DNA from: Tubulanus polymorphus
Lineage: Eukaryota > Animalia > Nemertea
DNA length: 64,000 nt
Assembly (NCBI RefSeq): GCF_964204645.1
Contig: NC_134032.1
Location: 1,608,416 to 1,672,415 of the forward strand
Reading direction: 5' to 3'
Each line of letters begins with the position of its first letter. Position 1 is the first letter of the stretch. This document shows, in pieces, positions 13,301-23,707 of the stretch. Below the pieces are notes generated by a model. It saw only the letters and a program-made list of their open reading frames with translations. It did not search any database and was not told the origin of the DNA. Made by a program: the position numbers and the translations under genes.

Positions 13301-16300
13301 ACCTCAAAGTCCATCTCTAAAGAAGTTAACAACAATAGTTTTAGGCCTATCCTAGATAAATGAATTTGTTCTTTTGATCTTGTTTTTTTCAGAGTTGTAT
13401 AATAAAGCGTTATTGCGAGAAAAGATTCGTCCATAAATATCTCGCTACGATTGGTATCGATTACGGTGTCACTAAGTAAGTTACCGAGGGGTCGGGGGCC
13501 GAAGGGCGGGGGCCGAGGGGGGCTTTTAATACAGCTTCTACCCACACAGATTTCAAGAGATTTTTTGGAAATGGCTCATAGATTTGAGTCCTTCCCATTG
13601 TCCCCCCCCCCTGTCCATAAGTCATTCCCTGAATTCAGTTAGAGAACTTAGAGAACTTGATATTTCTTCGATGATTTTGTTCTTGAATTTTTTAGAGTAA
13701 ATGTTAAGGAGAAAGAGGTGAAAGTGAATATATTTGATATGGCTGGCCATCCGATATTTTATGAGGTAATTTAAAAGAGGTCGCGGGGTTTTTCGCCCAC
13801 TTGGGATTGCAAGCGTAGACTCACTTTTTGTCCGTCGATAGGTGAAATCAAAAGCTTTTCCCAGTCATATTTACAACCGCAATCAATGACAGAATTGTAG
13901 CTCATGACATGTTCTATGATTTGGTCAGTTTCATTGAGGTCATTGGTTGCTATAGCCTATATGTTCACCAGGGGGCGTTGGATAGCTTTTTGCTTCCTCA
14001 ATTGTAGCTCGTGACATGCTCTATGATGTGGTCAGTTTTCAAGGTTGGTTTCAATATATGTTCTGTTCACCAGGGGGCGTTGAATTGCGAAATAACACGG
14101 TATTCATCGATAACGAGCATATTTTGTGTCCACAATCAATTGCAAAGTTGTAGCTCGTGACATTCTATGATTGCGGTGAGTTTCAAGCTCATTGGTTTGT
14201 TCATATGTTCACCAGGGGGCGTTGACTATTGAAATTTTCAGATTGTCTACCGCATTTCACCAAGCGGGTGGGCGTGGTGTCCCTGCACGATTCTAGGACA
14301 ATTGCCCCCCTAGGACAATTGCCCCCCGAATATAATCCTTTTTGTTTTGGATTAACACCACCTAAATACTTTACTTACAAATTCATTTGTATATTATTGA
14401 ATATAGATTCATAAGATATAGAATTACTGATGTCGTGTGCACATCAAAAACTTTAAAATCAATCCTTGAGTAATTATAATTCACTTACCAAATTAAAGGA
14501 AACTTAATTAGTCCACTTATTAGTGCATTAGTTAACTTGGCTAATTTATTGGAATTAGTTTCAGTGTTACTTTAGCCAATCGAAAACTTTAAATCAGTCC
14601 TAGAGTAATTAAATAATTAGTTAGAAGTTAATATCTGCGTTACTTTAAGATTAAACAATTAAATAATTAGTTAGAAGTAAATATCTGCGTTACTTTAAGA
14701 TTAAACAATTAAATAATTAGTTAGAAGTTAATATCTGCGTTACTTTAAGATTAAACAATTAAATAATTAGTTAGAAGTTAATATCTGCGTTACTTTAAGA
14801 TTAAACAATCAAATAATTAGTTAGAAGTTAATATCTGCATTACTTTAAGATTAAACAATTAAACAATTAGTTAGAAGTTAATATCTGCATTACTTTAAGA
14901 TTAAACAATTAAATAATTAGTTAGAAGTTAATATCTGCGTTACTTTAAGATTAAACAATTAAATAATTAGTTAGAAGTTAATATCTGCGTTAATTCAAGA
15001 TTAAACAATTAAATAATTAGTTAGAAGTTAATATCTGCATTACTTTAAGATTAAACAATTAAATAATTAGTTAGAAGTTAATATCTGCGTTACTTTAAGA
15101 TTAAACAATTAAATAATTAGTTAGAAGTTAATATCTGCGTTACTTCAAGATTAAACAATTAAATAATTAGTTAGAAGTTAATATCTGCGTTACTTTAAGA
15201 TTAAACAATTAAATAACTAGTTAGAAGTTAATATCTGCATTACTTTAAGATTAAACAATTAAATAATTAGTTAGAAGTTAATATCTGCGTTACTTTAAGA
15301 TTAAACAATTAAATAATTAGTTAGAAGTTAATATCTGCGTTACTTCAAGATTAAACAATTAAATAATCAGTTAGAGGTTAATATCTGCGTTACTTTAAGA
15401 TTAAACAATTAAATAATTAGTTAGAAGTTAATATCTGCGTTACTTTAAGATTAAACAATTAAATAACTAGTTAGAAGTTAATATCTGCGTTACTTCAAGA
15501 TTAAACAATTAAATAATTAGTTAGAAGTTAATACCTGCGTTACTAAGATTTAACAGATTTAATTTGAGGGCAATTGTCCGGGGGGGGGGGGCAATTGTCC
15601 CGATACCGTCCCTGCGCCCCTACTGGTTTGAGTTCCGTTGTCAATCGTCTCTCGTCGCGATTTTCAGGTTCGCAACGAATTCTACAAAGACACGCAGGGG
15701 GCGCTGCTCGTGTTCGACGTCACCGATCGACGGAGTTTCGAATGCCTCGAAACGTGGATGAACGAACTGAAAAACGATATCGGTAACCCGGGCGACGTCG
15801 ACAACATCGTGTTCGTCGTCTGCGCGAATAAGATCGATTTGAAAACGAAACGCGCCGTCGACGAGACGGAAGCGCGTTATTGGGCGGAGAGTCGCGGGTT
15901 TCATTATTACGAGACGTCGGCGCAGAACGGCGACGGCGTTCAGGAAATGTTTCAAGTAAGGTTCGAAAATGTTAACTTTGATCGATTGGATCGTCCTCCC
16001 TCGGCGGGGGAGGATTCGAACCTCTGATGGCTTCGCTACACTCAGCCACGGCACAAACCCCTGCCACCACACTAGTGTCTATTTCAACCTGACTTGAGAG
16101 CATTACGGGTGGCCTAGCTCGCTCATTTTTGGTAGTACATACCTGATAGAAGTCTTATTAGGACCAGAAAGGACTGGCAGTCGACCTAAAACATCATTTT
16201 TTAATCCATTTGAAACTGTATTGAAGGATATCCAAAAAGTCTTCACGGAAAGGGGTTAAATGAAGAGAAGTGACTCCATGATTTGAAAGTTTAACAATAT

Positions 16301-18361
16301 GTTTCCATGCCTACGTACCAAACTTCAGTTGGTAGGCATAGAGACATATTGTTAACCTGTCAAATCAGGGAGTCTCTTTTCTCCTCTCAATGCAGATTTT
16401 TTGGATATCCTTCAATACAGTTTCAAATGGATTAAAAAATGAGGATTTAGGTCGACTGCCAATGCATTCTGGTCCTAATAAGACTTTTATCAGGTATGTA
16501 CCACCAAAACTGACTGAGCTAGGCCACCCTGTATGCTCTCAAGTCAGGTTGAAATAGACATTAGACAGGGTGCGCAGGTACATGTGCAGATTGCCTGTTG
16601 TAAAATCGCTGAGGTAAAATTCACGGAATAACTATAAATGGGAAAACCTGGGCTAGAATAAAACGGGATTTCTGATTGGCTATTAATGACATCATCTAAG
16701 CTACACATGTACCTGCGCACCCGGTCTAGTATGGCAGGGGTTCGTGCCGTGGCAGAGTGTAGCAATGCCATCGAGTTCCAATCCCTGCCGAGGGAAAGTA
16801 TGTCAATCGAAATAGGTATTCTAAAAATCTACCTGCCCAGAGTAGAGGATTGTCAAAATAAGTCAATGGCGTTCTCGGATTCTTTGGGGCGGACCTGAAA
16901 ATTTGAAAAAGGCTGATTTGGCCATGCGAGGGCTACAAACAGGGGCTTTTCTGGACCTAATTAGGCCAACTTTTATAATCTTGCCCTCTGATGGAATGTT
17001 TAAATTTCACTAGCCTGATAGATTGAATTCTGGATGGTTAATATGCACATGAAGTATAAATCACAGGCGTTGTAGTGATTGACACTGCTGCCCTCTAATC
17101 AGATTTTTTTGATGATATTTAACCCTTTCAGTGCTGGCATATTAATACCCTATAGTGCTGAAGATAATTTGAAAATTCTGAAAAATTTCACCCTAGTGTG
17201 TTGAATAATGGGAATACCACTATAGTGCGTCTACACCGCGGCGCGGTGTATCGTTAGTTACTAGTATTTTACTATGTTTGACAGGTGCTGCCATCTTTCA
17301 ACAGAGATAATAAGTAATTACTAATTGAATCAATACACTGCAGTGCGGTGTACTAGCAAAATCCATCACTGATTCGTACGCCGCACTGCGGTGTAGACGC
17401 ACTGAAAGGGTTAATGATATTTGAATATATCAATTGAACGAAGGTGTTGCGTAGACGATCCAGAGAGATAAATGATTCGCTGTTTTATTGCAGGTGTTAT
17501 TCGAAGGTGTCGTTAAGGCTATAGATAACGGCGGTAAACGAATCCCGGTCAACACTCAACTCGGTTATACTAAAGAACAAGTCGACGCGATACAACGCCT
17601 TAAAAACAGTAAGGACAACTACGAACGTTTGGGCCTGTTCCCCGGAGCGAGCAAGTAAGTCACGTCTAGTATTTAAAGTATTTATTACGATGAAAATAGC
17701 TAAAAATGTTAAATAATAATTCGGACCAGTATATAGCACATAGGAGGGAGCCTAGTTAGTAGTTACCTAATTGTTGGTGGTAAGCTTTTTATAATCGGAT
17801 GGGCTTATACCAACTCAGTGGTTTCTTTCAACACCAACTCAGTGGTTTGTGAAAATATCCGATCGTGAAACTAAACCACAGTCAGGTTACTGACTAGAGG
17901 GAGCCATGACCTGTCATTCGGTCCTGTTGAGCGCATAAGACCTGTTCGATAGGATCTTTGCGCTATAGAATAGCTTTTTATTATCATATTTGAGAGAGGC
18001 GCAGTGGCCGAGTCGTTTAAGCCGCTGGTCTCGTCAATCTAGGGTTTACGGGTTCAAACCCTGGGGTGGCGACAGAGTTTCTTGGTCGAAGGTTCTTCTC
18101 CGGTCTCTCCCCCATCGGGAGAAAGAAACATCGAACCCGCTTTCAATGCCCTGCGTGGCGCTTAGCGGGTTGAGGGTGTTCAAAAAAAAAATTCATAATC
18201 ATTATGATTCACATCGATCTGTTTTCAGGGAAGAGGTGAACAAGTCGTACCGGAAACTCGCCGTCTTGCTGCATCCCGACAAAAACGTAGCGCCGGGCAG
18301 CGAGGAAGCGTTTAAATTGCTGGTCGCCGCGAGAACGTCGCTGCTGAAAGCGGCCAGATAG
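10339..18361 (+). CDS. DNAJC27: DnaJ homolog subfamily C member 27 (RBJ; Rab-like GTPase plus J domain); exons 10339-10413, 13393-13475, 13696-13765, 15668-15955, 17494-17654, 18229-18361
   Basis: The spliced protein has RIKIISMGNTESGKSCIIKRYCEKRF (P-loop), LATIGIDYGVTK, FDMAGHP, CANKID and ETSA GTPase motifs, followed by a J domain with HPD (LLHPDKN). All introns are GT-AG and in phase. Confidence 0.95.
10442..13285. repeat. 23-bp minisatellite (TGGTTTAGTCAGTAACCGGACTG and variants), about 2.8 kb, filling DNAJC27 coding intron 1
   Basis: Visible directly; 23-mer and 18-mer variants. Confidence 0.95.
14607..15555. repeat. 50-bp AT-rich minisatellite (about 19 copies)
   Basis: Unit AATTAAATAATTAGTTAGAAGTTAATATCTGCGTTACTTTAAGATTAAAC. 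Confidence 0.95.
16075..16561. mobile_element. MITE family B copy nested inside the left TIR of another MITE (about 16026-16772)
   Basis: Removing B plus one TA restores a long TIR (GATGGC..CCTGCCACCACACTAGACAGGGTGCGCAGGTACATGTG) complementary to about 16700-16772. Confidence 0.75.
17123..17410 (+). mobile_element. MITE family A copy
   Basis: Same TIRs, TTAA flanks and body. Confidence 0.85.
17996..18191 (+). mobile_element. tRNA-derived SINE
   Basis: A-box TGGCCGAGTCG, B-box GGTTCAAACCC, unique body, poly(A) tail. Confidence 0.6.
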
Positions 18362-19191
18362 CGCCGAGCGGAATTAACGACTTTAAAAACGACGCCCCCT
18401 GGTGGTGACGTTAGTTTGTGTACGAAATCCGTCCCCCTAGTTTCGGTTAAAAGATGAAATTCAAGGTCGCGCGGACCATGTTCGTAGTTTTTGTTGAGAA
18501 AACCTGATTTTTTCGTCACTAGATTCCGTCCATGACTTGTAATTGAATTTGTTACGTAATTGGTTTCTGCTAGGCTCAGTTCTATTGAGGAGGCTCAGCT
18601 GTCAATCAACAGCCTAGAGCCACACCCCTTTCCCCGGACGTGTGAAGTGTCAAAATTCAGAGGCGTGTGGGTGGCTCCGAGCTGCGGATTCACACCTGCT
18701 ATGAAACCTCCGACTCGTGATAAATGACAATATTTGTCAACTTAATATTGATTTTGTGTATATTTTAGACATTTTTTGTCATTTTCATTATTTGCAAGTT
18801 TTTAAGTGGAAAATTAATATCAGTTCTTCGCAGCAGAATTTTTGTGTTGTTTCTTTTCATTAATTCTTTTTTTATTTGGAATCTGATAAATCTACGTTGA
18901 GCACCGACTTGCTCTGGTAAATTCTGTAGAAATGACACCTTTCATTAGATTAATCACCATTTACCGGGTGAAGTCTGGTGATTGATGGCGGTCAGAAGTA
19001 ATATTTAGGACTGGTATGACCAGTGGAATACAGTCACCAGCGAGGGCCGAAAGTGCAAAGCTCATTCCCACATTAACCATGCAATTCTGGCTTTTTTAAG
19101 CCAGAGGTTCTATTTTATTACAAAATTACAAATATTGTTGGAGGAACTGATTTTGTTTCTCGGGCTTCCGATACAAGACCCTTATTTTTGT

Positions 19192-19392
19192 ACTGTCTGT
19201 CTGTCTGTCTGTCTCACTCTGTGTGTCCATCTGTCTGTCTGTTCGTCTGTCTATCTGTGTCCATCCGTCTATCTGTGTGTCCATCTGTGTGTCCATTCGT
19301 CTATCTGTGTGTCCATCTGTCTGTCTATTTGTCCATCTGTCTGTCTGTCTATCCGTGTGTCTGTCCGTCTATCTGTCTGTCTATTTGTCTTT
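19192..19392. repeat. Degenerate (TCTG/TCCA)n microsatellite
   Basis: Visible directly. Confidence 0.85.
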
Positions 19393-19835
19393 AGCGACAT
19401 TTAGTTTTAGAAGTCAAAGGCCTCTATTCGGGTTGATCCGCGTGGTTCCATCCTCAGTTTTAGATATTTTTGAAGAAATTCCAAAAGGTTGCAATTTCCG
19501 ATAGGATGAATGTCAAATTTACAGGTTTTAACGATGTCTTGACGAAAAGGAAAGGCACGGGTCTGGACCCCCGGAAACCACTCCCTAAATCCACCCTGTA
19601 CACAGGGTGCTGGCTGTAGATTTTTACCCGCATCAACCGGGTACATACCATCAGTGTCTACGACAACGAACGAAAATTCAAAATCGCTACCAGTGAATCT
19701 TTTTATTTTTATTCACAAAATAATTCGATGCGATTATTTAAAATGAACACAAGCAGAGTGTAAACAGTATTACGAGGTAAACTTTGAACGTTGATTTTTC
19801 GTAATTAAATACGAATTCATGCACAGAAAAAAGAT

Positions 19836-20247
19836 CAGGGGCCGGTTGCTCAAAAGTTGGTTAGAGTTAACCAGTGGATAATTGACGTGGTGACAATTAA
19901 AACTTCATTGTTACTTTAGTATTTATCAGGGGCTGTAGTTGCTCAAAAGTTGGTTAGAGTTAACCAGTGGATAGTTGACGTGGTGATGATTAAAAGTTCA
20001 TTGTTACTATAGTATTTATCAGGGGCTGCAGTTGCTCAAAAGTTGGTTAGAGTTAACCAGTGGATAGTTGATATGGTGACAATTGAAATTTCATTGTTAC
20101 TATAGTATTTATCAGGGGCTGTAGTTGCTCAAAAGTTGGTTAGAGTTAACCAATGGATGATTGATATAGTGACAATTGAAATTTCATTATTAGTTTGGTA
20201 TTAAACGGCCGGTTACCTTAAACCAACTTTCGAGCAACCGGCCCCAG
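19836..20247. repeat. TIR element with about four tandem 93-bp units
   Basis: Termini GGGGCCGGTTGCTC / GAGCAACCGGCCCC; units start at 19836, 19927, 20020 and 20113. Confidence 0.75.
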
Positions 20248-20299
20248 AATATCACACACGCACACGCACTCCGGAAAATAACTCCATCGCTCTTTTTTA

Positions 20300-22993
20300 T
20301 CAACTAGCGCAAGTCGAACAGCTATCGTTGATTATTTGTTCGTCGGCGATCTCGTCGATTTTGGTAACCTGTTTCTCCGACGCCCACGCTAAATACGCGT
20401 TCCAACCTAGCGCCACCATTTGCACCACGAATATCCTTGAAAACAAACGCGTAAGAAATTTGTTACGATCGGTATTGAAAATTTGTAATCTTCGTGATAT
20501 TTGTATGAAAATTCCTCGATTGAAGGATCCAGCCAACTAAGAATTTGTAAGTTGTCATTCGGCCGCAATTTGTATGGATCATTCGGTCATGTATAGATAT
20601 GAATATATATCATTCAGTCCAAACTTATACAAGTCCATTGTCTTTAAGAAACTTGGTATCATTGGTTCAATGTTGTCAACAGTATAAAATTGCCGCATTT
20701 AGGCTAAACAAAAATGATACCTTGTTTCTCCGCAGCGGCCGGGTCATTTTTGTAAAATATGATAAAATTTATAAACAGTTCATTTCTATAGCGGCCGGGT
20801 CTGTTATGGTGAAATTGATCACGATTTTAAAAAAAAGTAATGTATAGGGTAGATAGGCGGCCGGCCGGGTCAACATTTAAGCTCAGCAGAGCGGAGAAAC
20901 AAGGTATCAATTTTTTTTGGCCTTACCTGTGTTGTAGAGGAACGAAATAGAAGTTCAGCAATTGAGTAGCCGGCCATACTTTATAACTGTTCAACAGCAT
21001 TTGGAAATAATCCTACAAAGCAAAAAAATTCGAAAATGATTTCATTACAGAATTAGAATCAATTCATTTTGAGTATCGACTAAAATTTAGCTGAACTGAT
21101 TTTCCAATATCTGTGAACCTGATTTCGGGAACAGATTCTCTGCAGGGTTGAACCACAATTTTACCTGATTGATTTTTTCTTGTATTTCCAGCGAGCTCTT
21201 CCCCTGCCCGGCGCTCATTATAGTCAGAAACCCGAACAGGAAAGTCGGCGCGAAAAATATCTCGAAATAGAAAAAAACGAACGAAATTAATTTCGGAGTC
21301 TAACGTGTACAGGATTCAAATCTCGAAGCGCCGTCGTCGTTCTCACCTGGTCGGCGGCCATCTTTTTAAACGCGGTCACTTTCGTCGTGCCCGGGAATAG
21401 TTTGTCTAAAGTAACGTACCATTTTCGGATTACGGGACCCTGAAAAAGATGGTAAATACGACCAAACAAGGTTAAAGTCGCTGCTGGAGATTACGAAACG
21501 AGCCGCCGGTTTCTACGGAATTTCCGGTGTCTGGTCTTTCACAATTCTCAGTTAGACTATGAACATCAAGGGCGCCTCATTTCTAGAAACTGGTAAATGA
21601 AGATGTATGCTCTTTGAAATCCGTTCGAATAATTATTTATCATTTTTTGACTGACGATATTGATCTGGATCCAGTTCCACAGTTGTGGGTTAAGATTTTG
21701 CTCTGAGTTAACTCATTGAAAATGAACTAACTTTAAATCAGAGTTAACTCTAACTCACAACTGTGGAACTGGATCCTGAGTTCAGAGTTAACTCTAACTC
21801 ACAACCGTGGAACTGGATCCTGAGTTCAGAGTTAACTCTAACTCACAACCGTGGAACTGGATCCTGAGTTCAGAGTTTACTCTAGCTCACAACTGTAGAA
21901 CTGGATCCTGAGTTCAGAGTTAACTCTAACTCACAACCGTGGAACTGGATCCTGAGTTCAGAGTTAACTCTAACTCACAACCGTGGAACTGGATCCTGAG
22001 TTCAGAGTTTACTCTAGCTCACAACTGTAGAACTGGATCCTGAGTTCAGAGTTAACTCTAACTCACAACTGTAGAACTGGATCCTGAGTTCAGAGTTAAC
22101 TCTAGCTCACAACTGTAGAACTGGATCCTGAGTTCAGAGTTAACTCTAACTCACAACCGTGGAACTGGGTCCTGGTTGTTAATGCATCTTAGAAGTAAAT
22201 GGGTACCGTGTATTTCGGATTTAATCTTTTAATGAAATTCATGAAATCAGTTCAACATTTATGATCAATTTGTGGTTTCGATCTAAAATTCGAATCTGAC
22301 AATGAAATTGGCGTTATTTGGATGGAGATCAATGCGGGATCATGAGATAGCTGTGGTGGGCCTACCATAAAATTGGCATAATCTGGATCATGGCACGAAT
22401 TAGGTCTAGGGGATTTAGGCGACTGGCCCACGTACTCACCGCGAGACAGGCCCCGAATAGTAGAAATCGCCCGCTACGCTTGAAATCGAAATCCGCCATT
22501 TGGCGCCTTTCAACTCCGAATTGCGCGATCGCATCTCCAACACACATTAAACTACCTGAAATATGAGAAATAATGCCAACACATTTAGGTAGTCGGTAAC
22601 CTGTCAGTGGTTTAGTTTTAGAATCAGGTATTGTTATCCAGTATTGGTATAGGCCCACATGCCTCAATAACTTTCCACCTAGATGATTAGGTACCGTAAT
22701 TTCACATTTTCGCGATGATCATATCTGAATTCAAGGGTAGGGCACATCTCAGAGTATCTGACAGTGACAATCATCAAACCAGAATCGTGTTTATGTCGTT
22801 TGACTGGAGCTTTTTTCATTTACGTAATAACGGGTGTTCTAATTCATCCTAGGAAAACGATTTTGGCTAGAAGTATGGTCGATTCCCACCTAGGAAAAGT
22901 ATACGACTTGAAAATACCCTTACCGACTGTGAAAGACTGCGTTTTCCAGGGATGTTTGTCCAACAGATTCAAATATAAACGCAGCAGACGCAT
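20300..22993 (-). CDS. MPV17: MPV17 mitochondrial inner membrane protein (198 aa); exons 22993-22924, 22555-22440, 21439-21347, 21260-21165, 21012-20927, 20435-20300
   Basis: Spliced translation [35 protein letters not shown]...[66 protein letters not shown] shows Mpv17/PMP22 family motifs. Phases are consistent. Confidence 0.93.
20702..20922. mobile_element. PIF/Harbinger (Tourist-like) MITE family G
   Basis: TTA TSD, termini GGCTAAACAAAAATGATACCTTGTTTCTC..GAGAAACAAGGTATCAATTTTTTTTGGCC; near-identical copies at 36851-37071 and 38317-38536. Confidence 0.8.
21665..22174. repeat. MITE E followed by about nine tandem 44-bp copies of its right end
   Basis: Unit GAGTTCAGAGTTAACTCTAACTCACAACCGTGGAACTGGATCCT. 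Confidence 0.85.
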
Positions 22994-23707
22994 CTTGAAT
23001 TCTTTCTCCGACGGCAGATTTATCCAGAAATGATTATTTGCGACGGATTATATTCAATTTTTACTAGATCCCAAAACACGACGACCAAATTTTACTTGAA
23101 TTGATCCCGATTCCTTCTACCCGCTGGTGCTGCCACCTCCGTGCTACGTTTCTGCGGTGATTCCGGGGATTCCATGGGGTATCCCAGTCCGAATACGGGA
23201 TTCCGTTTTATCAAAACCTGTACATTTTTACATTGAAAGCAACGCATTTAACTGAATAAATAAAGTAATCCAAACCACTTTCAAGACCAGATATTCAAGC
23301 CGATTTTATTACTTTAGTAGCCCGCCCCAGGATTTTTTTTTTGATTTTGTGGGGATATCCCAATACGGGGATTCCGGGAAACGACGGGATATCCCTTCTT
23401 TACACTAATCCTGTAACCCGTAACTCGATCTGGTTCCCAAAATATCCCAATGCTTATCAAGTTTATATCGCGTTGTACAGTAATAACAGGTTCTAAGCAG
23501 CTGCAGGCATTTAACACTCCTCGCTCTGTTAGCGCTAGTGTCAGAGTGTTCAGCAGTTTGTTGAGAGAAACACAATCTGCAAAACTACCTCCGCGTCACC
23601 AACGACAACCGGGACGTCCTCTGAAACATTTTCGTTGTCAACAAGTGAGGAATTTATTCTATTCGGATAGAGAAGGAAATATACATTCGTCGGTCACAAC
23701 AGCAGAA
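22994..23707. promoter_or_regulatory. Putative bidirectional promoter region MPV17/ADA
   Basis: Divergent ATGs separated by only about 714 bp; a GC-box-like CCCGCCCC at about 23320. Transcription start sites are not known. Confidence 0.5.

Noticed and set aside
15641-16072. Antisense ORFs over real exons (also 2623-2945, 52526-53071, 55517-56178)
   Set aside because: Expected by-product of GC/CpG-rich codon usage on the sense strand; no motifs or splice support.
17996-18075. Possible tRNA gene (also 7800-7872 and about 50060-50130)
   Set aside because: A and B boxes are present but I could not fold a proper cloverleaf or acceptor stem; the first two continue into SINE-like bodies.
19135-19504. 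Cys/Ser/Val/Leu-rich ORFs resembling cysteine-rich peptides
   Set aside because: Products of the (TCTG)n microsatellite, with no signal-exon structure like the real peptide genes.
20599-20847. Repeated [22 protein letters not shown] (also 38337-38534) suggesting a gene family
   Set aside because: Both lie within copies of non-coding MITE family G.
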